Shown: piece after piece, positions 1-10,206 of the stretch | Position numbering within the stretch: position 1 is the stretch's first letter | How the letters are laid out: every line of letters begins with the position of its first letter | Source of the DNA: Promethearchaeota archaeon | GTDB taxonomy: Archaea > Asgardarchaeota > Lokiarchaeia > Sigyniarchaeales > SOKP01 | Length of the DNA: 26,829 bases | Reading direction: 5' to 3' | Assembly: GCA_016926735.1 (NCBI GenBank) | Contig: JAFGOA010000178.1 | Coordinates: 1-26,829 of the forward strand | Notes under the pieces: generated by a model | Told to the model about the DNA's origin: nothing | Database searches by the model: none | Seen by the model: only the letters and a program-made list of their open reading frames with translations | Program-made: the position numbers and the translations under genes

Positions 1-152
1 AATTAAAAATAAGTAATATTATGTGTTTTATATAAATAAAAACAAAACTTTAATAGATCTAAAATTTTGATATAATGTATTATATTCATGGTCTTTTTTT
101 TATTGACCATAACATCTAATTATATTAAAATATACTTATAGAGGCGAGTATT

Positions 153-689
153 ATTTACCACTCTGATGTTGACTACATATTTAAAGTAATTCTCACAGGA
201 CCTGGCGCTGTTGGTAAAACAAGTTTACTCAATAGATTTATCACAAATACATTTGTCAAAAATTATAAAATTACTATTGGAGTGGATTTTATGAGTAAAA
301 CCCTTCATATTAGTCCAAATAAGATTGCTAAAATGACAATATGGGACATTGGAGGACAAGAAAGATTTAAATTCTTACGACAGAGTTTTTATGAAGGTTC
401 TCATGGAGCATTATTAGTATTTGATTTAACTAGGACCGCTACATTCTATGAGATGAAATCATGGTTGGTAGAATTACAACAATCAGCAGGGATAGAAACA
501 CCATTTTTATTAATAGGAAATAAAGCAGATTTAATTGAAGATATTGGTGAGTGTATTGACCCAAATGAAGCAAAAATGTTTGCAGAACATTATAATAGTA
601 TATATATTGAGACTTCTGCTAAGTCAGGAATTAATGTGGAAGATGCCTTTCTTCAATTAGCTCATCTAATGATTAATAGAAAACGGTAA
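153..689 (+). CDS. Rab-like small GTPase (Ras superfamily); true N-terminus lies upstream of the listed ORF 282..689
   Basis: The frame is open from 129 (after TAA 126-128) and reads ...IYHSDVDYIFKVILTGPGAVGKTSLLNRF...YKITIGVDF...WDIGGQERF...NKAD...ETSAK, i.e. all G1-G5 motifs. There is no ATG/GTG/TTG before 282. An SD-like GAGGCGA at 141-147 precedes ATT at 153, so the start is inferred. No C-terminal Cys prenylation motif (ends INRKR). Confidence 0.9.
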   Translation: MYHSDVDYIFKVILTGPGAVGKTSLLNRFITNTFVKNYKITIGVDFMSKTLHISPNKIAKMTIWDIGGQERFKFLRQSFYEGSHGALLVFDLTRTATFYEMKSWLVELQQSAGIETPFLLIGNKADLIEDIGECIDPNEAKMFAEHYNSIYIETSAKSGINVEDAFLQLAHLMINRKR

Positions 690-787
690 ATAATCTTTTC
701 CTTAATATTATTACACTATTTTTCTAAAAACATTTTTAATGATTTAATAAGAAAGATTACAATTAAGAAAAAAATGAAATCATTAAA

Positions 788-3700
788 TTATCTAATTCTT
801 ATATGAGCCATTGATAAGAATATTGTTGAAAAATTTGTTTTCTTTCTTTTTTTTGTTTCATTTTTAAGATCCTCAAAAAAAAAACTAAGATCTCCTAATT
901 TTTTATTTATTTTTTCAATGTCTTTCCTTAAAAAATGAATTTGTTCTTTTGTCTCTTCAATTTTTTTAAGTTTTTTTTCTTTTAATTTAATATCTTTTAA
1001 TTGATTAATCTTGATTAAATCATTTTCATTAGATATAGTTTTCAAGTTTTTTTCTAATTTTAAATTTAGATTATTTTTCTTTTTTTCTAAGATTAAAATT
1101 TTATTTTGATATAATTTGGTTTTCCTATTTATCTCGATATTAAAAACCATATTATTTAATTGAATAATTTCTTGTTTCCAATTTTCTATATTTTTATTAA
1201 CAAGTTCAGATGCTAATTTTTCCTTAGTTTTAATATCAACTACTTCAAATTTATTTTCTAAACTTTCAAATGTAATATGATTAAGTAAAAGATTATAATT
1301 ATTAATATCAAGAATTATTTCACATAGATCATTAATTTCTTTGTTATCAGTACCAATTAATATTGGAGATATTATACTTTCTCTAATATATCCTTGAAAT
1401 ATTGTTTTATATATAAAAAGGAAGAGGGGAAAATGTAATTTATTAAATAGAGAATATTTTACTTCGATTATTTTTTTATTTAAATATAAAATAGTATAAT
1501 TTCCATTGAAGAAATCATTTATGCAATAATGGATTATTGAATCAATTAAAGGATGTCCAAGAGCAAGAAAATCTATTTCTTCCTGCTCTCTTGCTATATC
1601 CAAATTAAATGTACCATTATATTCATTTGAAAGCATTGTATTAAAATTTTGAATAAATGAATCATTTAAATTAATTCTTGATATGTCTGGAATACCTTTT
1701 CTCTCATCATTTAAAAATATATTATTTATAGAGCCATATCCATTTTCTAATTTTAAAAAATAATTAATAAAAAGATATAATTCGTTATGATTAAGTTTAA
1801 TATCTTTACATGAAGAAATTGATGATAAAAAGTCATTCATTTGAAAAGATTTTTTATCAATCATAAAGTCATCAAATTGAGTTCTTATTTCATTAATAGA
1901 TTTTAATTGGTTTTCTAAATCAAAATTAAATTCTCTTAGTTTTCTTTGCTTTTGTTCAGGTTCTGAGAAAATTAAATCTTTAAAATTCTTTTCAATATTT
2001 CCTATAATGGGTTCTAAATAACCAATTGATTCTTCAAAAATATTAATTCTTTTATTTAACGCATATATGATATCTGTTTCTATTGTTCCTTCTATAAAGA
2101 GATTATAAATATAGATCTTTTTTGAGGATTGCCCAATTCGATCTAGTCTACCGATTCTCTGTTCTAATTTCATAGGATTCCAAGGTAAATCATAGTTTAT
2201 AAGTACTCTACAAAATTGAAAATTACGACCTTCACCACCTATCTCTGTAGATAATAAAAGTGATAGCTTATCATCATTTCGAAATTGTTCCACAGAATAA
2301 TCTTTTTCTTCTTTATTTAACCCTCCATAGAATATATGAACAGAGTAATTCTTATTTGATTTATCTATAAGATTCTTAAGATAAAACAATGTATCAATAA
2401 ATTGAGTAAATACTAATATCTTTTCCTTCGGATTTTTTTTATAGATTTGTTCTAATATTTCCATAAATTTTACTGATTTGGAATCATATGGCATTTCCTT
2501 GAGTTTAATATAAAAGTTCTTAATAATTCTTTCTTGATTAAGAACACTAAATAAGTTATCATTAGGTTTAGTACTTAATAATTCCTTTAGGTCATTACTT
2601 GTATTAGATTCTGTATCAAGAAATTCTTCTTCAAATTCTAATTTAAAAAAGTCTGGATCCTTATCCTGTAATTCTTTAAATTCTGTTTTTAAATTTTTTA
2701 ATTTATCAATTTGTTTTAATCTTCTCTCGAGACTTTTTAATATAGCATATTTTGAGCTAGTTAATAATTTTTGTAAAGTTGTTATAATAAAACCTATTCC
2801 TGGATTTTTCTTACTTATCGTAGAATTATATATTTTAGCAAGATATAATCGAATTTCGTTATAGATTAATAATTCCTCTTTTTTTGGTTCCACCATTATT
2901 GTATTTACTATTCTTTCATTCAATAACTCATTTGGAAAGACTTTTTTTTTTCGATTTCTTATCAAAAATCTAGATAATGTATGCTCTTTTTCCAATCGTT
3001 CAATTAATTTATTTTTTGTTTCTCTATTTGTTAAGGAGTTGAATATTTTATTATATGATTGTTCTTCATCTAAATATTTGAAATCTTTTAATAATTTTAA
3101 AGTGTTTTTTAGTTCAAAAGTGTTTAATCTAGAAATTCCATCAATATTAGAAGCTAAGAGATTTATAAATGGCATATTTTTTCTAAAATGCTCAAAATCA
3201 GAGAATGTATCAAACTCCTCGGGATGAATCAGCTTTATTAGAGAATAGAGTTCAAAAGAGTGTAATTGAAGAGGAGTAGCTGTTAATAATAAAAGGCTTT
3301 CACAGTTCTCGCTTAATTTTCGGGCAAGAATATAATTTCTTGTTTCACGATAATTTCCTGTTTTAATATTTGTAAGATAACGACGTAAATGATGAGCCTC
3401 ATCAAAAATTATTATATCCCAACTAATTTGAGATAATAAATCTCTATATTTAGGATTTCTAGCAAATTGAAGAGAACATAAAATTAGATTATTATAATAG
3501 AATGGATTTTCTAATATAAGAGGATTTTTGTTATCTCCTCTTTTTTTGTATTTTTTAAATCGTTTTCCATCATATATTTTAAAATTAATATTAAATTTAT
3601 TTCTCATCTCAAATTTCCATTGCTTTATCAATGTTGCAGGTACAATTATCAGTATTCTTTCAACTAAATCTCTGGCTAACATCTCCTTAATATAGATACC

Positions 3701-4405
3701 AGTTTCAATAGTCTTTCCTAATCCTACTTCATCAGCTAAAATCATCCTAGGATAATATTCTTCAGATAATCTATGAGCAACGTTTATCTGATGTGGCATT
3801 AAATTAAGTCTTGAATTTGTGATACATTTTATATTATGTGATTTGTAATAAGAATCAAATAAATTAGCCCAATATTTTATTAAGAAATTCTTTGGATTAT
3901 CTAAAATATTTTTTTCTATTTGATATAATAACTGTGGTTTAAAAATTGATAATATCTCTGATTCATTAATCTGCGATTTTTTACCATCTTGAAATATTAC
4001 TTCATATGAGATTTTACCATCTTTTAAGTGAAGATTAGAACTATTAATTATACCAATTCTTCCTTGAATCTTAATTTTATCGTTTAATTGGAAAATATAA
4101 TGAATTAAATCAATGGGATGAATGATTTTCTGAAAATTATCATTAAATAAAACCCTATATTTTAATATAAAATTTAGATCTTCACCGTCATAAGAAGAAG
4201 AAATAGGAACTTTAATTTTATTAATAATTTTTCCTATACCTAAATGTGGATTTAGACGATAAATAACAAAATTATTTTCACTGAATTCTTTCCCACTACA
4301 GTAAATATTGAAACATTTTGAAAATTTAGATTCTAAAGGATTACCACAAAAAGGACATTTAATACTAAATTCTTCTTTTTTATGTTTTTCTCTCTTTTCT
4401 ACCAT
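788..4405 (-). CDS. SNF2-family helicase/ATPase, RapA/HepA-like, with N-terminal Zn ribbon and C-terminal coiled coil
   Basis: Motifs ILADEVGLGKT (I), DEAHH (II), TATP (III), STEIGGEGRNFQ (V), QRIGRLDRIGQ (VI). N-terminal CPFC..CFNIYC. ATG at 4405 preferred over TTG at 4417. Confidence 0.88.
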   Translation of the reverse strand: MVEKREKHKKEEFSIKCPFCGNPLESKFSKCFNIYCSGKEFSENNFVIYRLNPHLGIGKIINKIKVPISSSYDGEDLNFILKYRVLFNDNFQKIIHPIDLIHYIFQLNDKIKIQGRIGIINSSNLHLKDGKISYEVIFQDGKKSQINESEILSIFKPQLLYQIEKNILDNPKNFLIKYWANLFDSYYKSHNIKCITNSRLNLMPHQINVAHRLSEEYYPRMILADEVGLGKTIETGIYIKEMLARDLVERILIIVPATLIKQWKFEMRNKFNINFKIYDGKRFKKYKKRGDNKNPLILENPFYYNNLILCSLQFARNPKYRDLLSQISWDIIIFDEAHHLRRYLTNIKTGNYRETRNYILARKLSENCESLLLLTATPLQLHSFELYSLIKLIHPEEFDTFSDFEHFRKNMPFINLLASNIDGISRLNTFELKNTLKLLKDFKYLDEEQSYNKIFNSLTNRETKNKLIERLEKEHTLSRFLIRNRKKKVFPNELLNERIVNTIMVEPKKEELLIYNEIRLYLAKIYNSTISKKNPGIGFIITTLQKLLTSSKYAILKSLERRLKQIDKLKNLKTEFKELQDKDPDFFKLEFEEEFLDTESNTSNDLKELLSTKPNDNLFSVLNQERIIKNFYIKLKEMPYDSKSVKFMEILEQIYKKNPKEKILVFTQFIDTLFYLKNLIDKSNKNYSVHIFYGGLNKEEKDYSVEQFRNDDKLSLLLSTEIGGEGRNFQFCRVLINYDLPWNPMKLEQRIGRLDRIGQSSKKIYIYNLFIEGTIETDIIYALNKRINIFEESIGYLEPIIGNIEKNFKDLIFSEPEQKQRKLREFNFDLENQLKSINEIRTQFDDFMIDKKSFQMNDFLSSISSCKDIKLNHNELYLFINYFLKLENGYGSINNIFLNDERKGIPDISRINLNDSFIQNFNTMLSNEYNGTFNLDIAREQEEIDFLALGHPLIDSIIHYCINDFFNGNYTILYLNKKIIEVKYSLFNKLHFPLFLFIYKTIFQGYIRESIISPILIGTDNKEINDLCEIILDINNYNLLLNHITFESLENKFEVVDIKTKEKLASELVNKNIENWKQEIIQLNNMVFNIEINRKTKLYQNKILILEKKKNNLNLKLEKNLKTISNENDLIKINQLKDIKLKEKKLKKIEETKEQIHFLRKDIEKINKKLGDLSFFFEDLKNETKKRKKTNFSTIFLSMAHIRIR

Positions 4406-4553
4406 TATGCAAGTCAATAAAGGATTATTAATTCAAATTATTTACTTTTATTTATTATTGAGTAGTAATAGAGTTGAATTTCTTGAAAAGAAAATTCTTT
4501 ATAAAATTCTTAAATTTCTTTCAATGGAGAAAAATAAAAAGATAAGAGACTAT

Positions 4554-4997
4554 CTAATTTTTGTTTAATAATTCGATTGTATTTTCAAAATCATAACTGT
4601 AAAATTTCTTATCATAGGGGCTATGAATTTCTATTTTTTCAATATCCAATTGTAATAAACTAAAATTTGGTTCATCATAAGATTTCCAAAAAGTGCTAAA
4701 AAATGATATTAGTTCTGAAAGCTCTTTTTTAACTTTGAAATCTTCTATTAATTTGATTTTTCCACTTGCTCGAATAGAACAAAATTTTTCCTCATCTTCT
4801 ATTTTACTACAGAACTCAAATAGATTATTATTTTTTATTTGTTCAATTTTTGGACGTGAAGTCTTAGTACAACACTATTATTTGTTTCCATATTTAATTA
4901 ATGTCATTAATCTCACACGAGGGTGATTATTTTCCAATATAGCAAGGTTAATAGTTTCAATTTTATTTAAAAACTCGAAAATTTGATTGATATTCAT
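4554..4997 (-). pseudogene. Pyridoxamine 5'-phosphate oxidase-like (split-barrel flavin/F420-binding) gene interrupted by tandem TAA TAG
   Basis: Manual translation: MNINQIFEFLNKIETINLAILENNHPRVRLMTLIKYGNK**CCTKTSRPKIEQIKNNNLFEFC...SIRASGKIKLIED...FWKSYDEPNFSLLQLDIEKIEI...NKN*. The pattern LA...PRVR.M...T...PK..QI..N is typical of the family. Stops at 4880-4878 and 4877-4875, with no frameshift over 148 codons. Confidence 0.75.
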
Positions 4998-5135
4998 ATT
5001 ATCATCTTTGTTGATTATATTAATAATTATAAATATATTAACAACCTTAAAAATATTAATTCTCTAAGAATATATCTATTTAATCAAATAAATTATTTAA
5101 GATTTTGAAATGGGATAAAGAAAAAAATAGAAAAA

Positions 5136-6236
5136 ATGAGAGATGTTATTAAAGTTTTTACCAGTTTAAACCGAGAAATAATTAAAGAAAATTTATGTTG
5201 TTCTTGTGGTGCATGTGTTGCATATTGTGAAAACCAAAATTATGATGTTATAAAAATGAAAAATGATATTCCTCAATATAAATCAAATGACACCAAAAAG
5301 AATTGTATTCTATGTGGAGTTTGCTATAATATCTGTCCCCAAACAGATACAATTAAAACAGAATTGGATCAATTATTAGGAATTGAAAATGAGATAGGAC
5401 CTATCTATAAAATAATGATAGCTAGAACATTAAGATCATTATTTAATGAATTTAAACAAGATGGGGGGTTAGTGTCTACAATTTTAGAATATCTTTTTGA
5501 AAATAATAAAATAAATGCAGCTATTGTGTCTACCTATGATAAAAATCTAAAACCTATTCCTAAAATTATACTTAATAAATCTGATTTAATACATTCAGCA
5601 GGTACTCGCTATTCAGTATCTCCTCAAATATTACCATTTAAAGAATTATCTAATTTAACAAAAAGATTTTTAAAAGAAAATAATAACGAGAAAAAAGAAA
5701 ATCTAAAATTAGCATTTGTAGGTACACCATGTCAAGTAAAAACCATTAGAAAAATGCAATATTTTAAAAAAATCCCATCTCAGATTATAAAGTATATCAT
5801 AGGTCTTTTTTGTTTAGAGAATTTTTATTATGATAAATTTTATAATCTAATTGAAAGAGAAATAAATGTAAAAAGTAAAGATATAAAGAGGATTAATATA
5901 AAAAAAAAAGTATTTATAAAAACTTATAATAAAGGTAATTTTGAAATAGAACTAAATAAATTCGATTCTGCTATCAGAAATAATTGTATTTATTGTGATG
6001 ATTTTACTTCAAAGTATTCTGATATTAGTATAGGTGGTACAGGAGCTCCTGAAGGATATTCATTAATTCTAATAAGAAATCAAACGAGCAAGGACCTATT
6101 TAATAATATGATATCAGACCATTATATTGTAGAGCATAATGATTTTAATGATAAAAATTATACAGAATGGAAAGAAAATAAAATTAAATTGCTAAAGAGA
6201 ATGATTTTATTAAAAAAAAAAAAAAATGAAAAGTAG
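5136..6236 (+). CDS. Coenzyme F420 hydrogenase/dehydrogenase beta-subunit family protein (FrhB/FpoF-like) with N-terminal 2x[4Fe-4S]
   Basis: CCSCGACVAYC and CILCGVCYNICP ferredoxin motifs, plus FrhB motifs QDGGLVS, AGTRY, VGTPCQ, IGLFC, CIYCDDF..DISIG. Confidence 0.88.
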   Translation: MRDVIKVFTSLNREIIKENLCCSCGACVAYCENQNYDVIKMKNDIPQYKSNDTKKNCILCGVCYNICPQTDTIKTELDQLLGIENEIGPIYKIMIARTLRSLFNEFKQDGGLVSTILEYLFENNKINAAIVSTYDKNLKPIPKIILNKSDLIHSAGTRYSVSPQILPFKELSNLTKRFLKENNNEKKENLKLAFVGTPCQVKTIRKMQYFKKIPSQIIKYIIGLFCLENFYYDKFYNLIEREINVKSKDIKRINIKKKVFIKTYNKGNFEIELNKFDSAIRNNCIYCDDFTSKYSDISIGGTGAPEGYSLILIRNQTSKDLFNNMISDHYIVEHNDFNDKNYTEWKENKIKLLKRMILLKKKKNEK

Positions 6237-6577
6237 AAATTTACTTTTCAGTTTAAACTCCAAACAAACAAAATTATTTCCTTTTTTCCTGATAGAAAAA
6301 TGGATATTACTAGCGTTAATACTTATTATTTTTAATTATTTTAAAATGAATTATAGACCAATGATTATTTTAGGTCAAATATAATATAGTTATATTCAAA
6401 AATAGTAAGAATTAATGAAAAATTCAATATTTTATACAAAATAAATTTGAAAAATTAGTATATTTTTCTTGAATGTATTGAAATCTTTTTTGTTTTTCAA
6501 ATAAAAGTGATTATTTTGTTAATTAATAAAGTATTCTTATTCAGAAATAAATGAACAAACTCAAATAGTCTGAATTG

Positions 6578-6587
6578 TTTATATAAA
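6578..6587 (+). promoter_or_regulatory. Candidate archaeal TATA box of the aor operon
   Basis: TTTATATAAA about 55 nt upstream of the ATG at 6642. The AT-rich background weakens the call. Confidence 0.3.
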
Positions 6588-6641
6588 TTGATTTATAAAG
6601 TTGTTATTGAATAACTATCAATTAATAAAAATTGTGAGAAA

Positions 6642-8561
6642 ATGTCAAAAACAAAAGATATTACAATTCCAGATGAAATCGAAGGTTATTCACAAATACG
6701 AATAGACATAGATTTGACTACTGGTAAAATTACAGAAAGTACATTATCAAGTGAATTTCTAGCTAATTGGATAGGAGGATATGGTTTTGCAGCTAAAGTT
6801 TTATGGGACGAACTAAAACCAGGAATTGATCCTTTAAGTCCAGATAATATATTTGTTTTCGCTATAGGGCCTTTTCCAGGAACTTTATTACCAACAAGCT
6901 CTAAATATGGTGTGTTTGCTAAATCACCTTTAACAAATATGTTTGGTATGGCAATATCTTCTGGTTCAGTTGGTGCTCAAGCTAGGCGTGCAGGGATAAA
7001 TATGATTGTTGTAAAAGGTAAATCACCTGAACCTGTATATTTAGTAATTGACGATGATGATAAATATCTTGTTCCTTGTAAAAATACTGTATGGGGAAAA
7101 GGTTGTTGGGATACGGAGGAAATGATAAGAGAAGAATTTCAAGATCATAGATTAGCAGTTATGTCTATAGGTCCTGCCGGTGAAAGAATGAGTAGAATGG
7201 CATGCATTACAAATGATCGAAATAGACAAGCTGGTAGAACGGGCATGGGAGCAGTAATGGGATCGAAAAATCTCAAGGCAATTTGTTTTAGGGGTACAAA
7301 ACCAATAAAAGTTGCTAAACCTAAGGAGTTTTATCAAATAGCTAAAAAATTAATAAAAGTAGCTAATGGTCCTGCTACCTCTAAATATCGTGATCAAGGA
7401 ACACCTTCAGGATTAGTCAGTTATAATAAATTAGGAATGATGCCGACATTTAATTATCGAGAGGGAACATGGGAAAAAATCACAAATGGAGAATTTACTG
7501 GAGATTCACTCAATAGAGATTGGATTGTTAAAAAGGTTGCTTGTTCTCAATGCTCTATTGCATGTGATCATATAGCAAGAGTACCTAAATCCCATCCAGA
7601 TTATCCTAATTTAGTAGCTAGTATAGATGTAGAATTATTATATGGATTTGGAACAGGAACTGGATGTTCTGATTGGCCAACTGTTTTCAAATGTATCGTT
7701 TTATGTGATGATTTAGGTATTGATGCAATTTCTGGAGGAGTAACATCAGCTATGGCATGTGAATTATATGAAGAAGGATTAATTACTAAAGACGATTTGG
7801 GATATGAATTACCTTTTGGTTCAACAAAAAACCTCGTTAAATTCACTGAAGAAATGATTCTAGGGAAAGGATTTGCTGGTGAAATTTTCGGAGATGGTAC
7901 TAAAGAAGCAGGAAAACGATTAGAAAAAATGGGAAGAAAAAATGCAGGATATTATGGAATGCACATAAAAGGACTTGAAATGCCTGCATTTGATCTTCAT
8001 GGTATGAGTTCATTCGCCGTAGGAGAAAGTGTATCAATTAGAGGGGCTTGTCATCTTAGAAATGGTGCATATGGACTCGATGCTAAAGGAACTTTTGATA
8101 GATTTGCATATGATAAACCACTTGAAAGAGGAAAGGCAATTATAGAGTTAGAAGATGTTTATGCTATCATAGATTCTTATATTATTTGTAAGTTCACAAG
8201 AGGTATCTATGAAGATGATGATGAAATGGCTAAGGTATATGAACTTGTAACAGGAATAAATCATAATGGAGATTCTATAAAAAAAAGAGGAAATGCTATC
8301 GTAACATTATCAAAATGCTTCAACATTCGTGAAGGTTGGACTAGAGCAGATGATCACCCTCCTGCAAAATTCTTTAAAGACGCTCATACCAAGGGACCAG
8401 CAAAGGGAGTAACTTTAAAAGAAGATGGATTCCAAACATTATTAAGTGGCTATTATGAAGCAAGGGGTTGGGATAAAGAAACAGGAATACCTACAGATGC
8501 AACCTTAGAAGATTTGGGACTTGATTTCATAATAGGAAAATTAAATAGAAAAACAAAATAA
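6642..8561 (+). CDS. aor: Tungsten-dependent aldehyde:ferredoxin oxidoreductase family protein
   Basis: 639 aa with WIGGYG, KSPLT, AGRTGMGAVMGSKNLKA, Fe-S motif ACSQCSIAC, pterin-binding DDLGIDAIS, RGACH and YYEARGWD..GIP. Confidence 0.93.
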   Translation: MSKTKDITIPDEIEGYSQIRIDIDLTTGKITESTLSSEFLANWIGGYGFAAKVLWDELKPGIDPLSPDNIFVFAIGPFPGTLLPTSSKYGVFAKSPLTNMFGMAISSGSVGAQARRAGINMIVVKGKSPEPVYLVIDDDDKYLVPCKNTVWGKGCWDTEEMIREEFQDHRLAVMSIGPAGERMSRMACITNDRNRQAGRTGMGAVMGSKNLKAICFRGTKPIKVAKPKEFYQIAKKLIKVANGPATSKYRDQGTPSGLVSYNKLGMMPTFNYREGTWEKITNGEFTGDSLNRDWIVKKVACSQCSIACDHIARVPKSHPDYPNLVASIDVELLYGFGTGTGCSDWPTVFKCIVLCDDLGIDAISGGVTSAMACELYEEGLITKDDLGYELPFGSTKNLVKFTEEMILGKGFAGEIFGDGTKEAGKRLEKMGRKNAGYYGMHIKGLEMPAFDLHGMSSFAVGESVSIRGACHLRNGAYGLDAKGTFDRFAYDKPLERGKAIIELEDVYAIIDSYIICKFTRGIYEDDDEMAKVYELVTGINHNGDSIKKRGNAIVTLSKCFNIREGWTRADDHPPAKFFKDAHTKGPAKGVTLKEDGFQTLLSGYYEARGWDKETGIPTDATLEDLGLDFIIGKLNRKTK

Positions 8562-8577
8562 GAGAGGTCAAAAAAAA

Positions 8578-9120
8578 ATGTCAGGTTTAAAAAAGAAAAA
8601 AATCCATCAATGTATAATTGTTGACCCAGAACTCTGCTCTGGATGTGAGTCGTGCGAAACTATCTGCTCGTTCGTTCATGACGGAGTTTTCAACCCAATC
8701 AATTCACGAATTCATCGGGTTCGTGTGGAACCTGTATTTAATATAGCTTTAGCTTGTCAAAAGTGTGAGGATGCTCCTTGTATTAGAGCTTGTCCAGAAA
8801 AAGCACTTGATAAGGATGAGGAGGGTTCTATTCTTGTAGACGATGATAAATGCAATGGATGTGGATTTTGTATTCGTGCATGCGATTTTGGTGTAATTTC
8901 ACTTCATTTAGATTCACAGAAAGCTTTAGTGTGTGATTTATGTGAGGGTATGAAAGAAGAGTTTATTGATCCAGAAGTTGGTAAAAAAGAACCTCAATGT
9001 ATTGTTGTTTGCCCAAAAGAAGCTATTTCTTTAAAAAATGTCGAACAAATTGGTGAGGAGACTCGATTTGATGCTGTAAGACGTCTATTCTCAGAACAAA
9101 TTAAAGAATATGAATCTTAG
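8578..9120 (+). CDS. 4Fe-4S dicluster (DmsB/HydN-like) electron-transfer subunit of AOR
   Basis: CSGCESCETIC, CQKCEDAPCIRACP, CNGCGFCIRAC and CDLC...PQCIVVCP. Starts 16 nt after aor, with SD-like GAGG. Confidence 0.9.
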   Translation: MSGLKKKKIHQCIIVDPELCSGCESCETICSFVHDGVFNPINSRIHRVRVEPVFNIALACQKCEDAPCIRACPEKALDKDEEGSILVDDDKCNGCGFCIRACDFGVISLHLDSQKALVCDLCEGMKEEFIDPEVGKKEPQCIVVCPKEAISLKNVEQIGEETRFDAVRRLFSEQIKEYES

Positions 9121-9127
9121 AAGTAAA

Positions 9128-9152
9128 TTTTTTATTACTTTTTCTATTTTTA
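9128..9152 (+). terminator. Oligo-T tract after the aor operon (archaeal-type terminator)
   Basis: Several T5-T7 runs directly after the TAG at 9120, in the gap before a convergent gene. Confidence 0.4.
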
Positions 9153-9177
9153 TAAAAAGAACTATTTTTAAACAATA

Positions 9178-10029
9178 TTAGAATCCCACGATAAATCGTA
9201 GGACATCCATAAACCAATGAAACCCCATAGACATTTCAATATCCCGATACCATAAAAAAACAACCCTAATAATACCAAAAAATAGAAAAAGTGTTATTAC
9301 TTTAATTAAGGAGAATATAGGATCTATTGAAATTGTACTAATCACATGTAAGAAGGCATGAGGAATCGTTCCAATTATAAGTATAACAAAAAACATCTCT
9401 TTTTTAGTAACTCGTTGATAAAGAATATATATAGATACATTAATCAATAAGAGTCGATATACTATTTCTTCATAAAGTGCTGGATGAATTGCTGCTAATA
9501 ACGAATAGAAAGGATCTTTTAATTCAATAATTTTTTCTGTTGAGATATTTAGAAAAAAGATATTTAGGATTGCAAATGGAATACTTATAATTATACCATA
9601 AATAATAGACATAGTTAATTGTTTTGATTTCATTTGATAAGAGGATATTCTCACACCTATTTTCTTTTTTAAAAGAAGTATACTTGCTAAAAAACATAAG
9701 AATGTTGAAACAGAAATCATATAACTAAAAAATCCAAACCCAGATTTGACGACAGCACTTATGAAAACTAATATAGTAAAAATAGAAATAATAACAATTA
9801 TTTTTAGAGAAATTTCTTTATAGAATTTAATTATAAAAACAACCGCGATAAAATCTAATGCTAGTAAAATGGGTAATGTATTCTTAATTATACTTGAATA
9901 TAAATATAATATAACAATACTGATGAAAATAATCAATATAAAAAAATGTCCTAATTTTTTATTACGATTAATTTCTATCGAATTTAAACTAAACTGGTTA
10001 TTTTTAAAAATATTATAAGGGATACTCAT
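9178..10029 (-). CDS. CPBP (Abi/Rce1 CAAX-protease-like) intramembrane glutamic endopeptidase family protein
   Basis: Multi-pass hydrophobic protein with EEIVYR (EExxxR), HAFLH and FHWFMD motifs. Confidence 0.75.
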   Translation of the reverse strand: MSIPYNIFKNNQFSLNSIEINRNKKLGHFFILIIFISIVILYLYSSIIKNTLPILLALDFIAVVFIIKFYKEISLKIIVIISIFTILVFISAVVKSGFGFFSYMISVSTFLCFLASILLLKKKIGVRISSYQMKSKQLTMSIIYGIIISIPFAILNIFFLNISTEKIIELKDPFYSLLAAIHPALYEEIVYRLLLINVSIYILYQRVTKKEMFFVILIIGTIPHAFLHVISTISIDPIFSLIKVITLFLFFGIIRVVFLWYRDIEMSMGFHWFMDVLRFIVGF

Positions 10030-10206
10030 TATTTTTCTCTGTAAATTATCTTTTTAGAACCTATTTTTTTATAAAATTATCTTTAGTATTTAAACAATTT
10101 ATAGACCAATTTTTATTTTAAAACCTAATATAAACCTTTTTATCATTATGAATTATCTAAATACTCAAATCTCTTAATTAAAAATATTCTGTATATCATT
10201 AATTTC

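Noticed and set aside
153-10029. Functional link between the Rab-like GTPase and the CAAX-protease-like gene (prenylation pathway)
   Set aside because: The GTPase has no C-terminal cysteine, the genes are about 8.5 kb apart, and CPBP proteins are widespread in prokaryotes.
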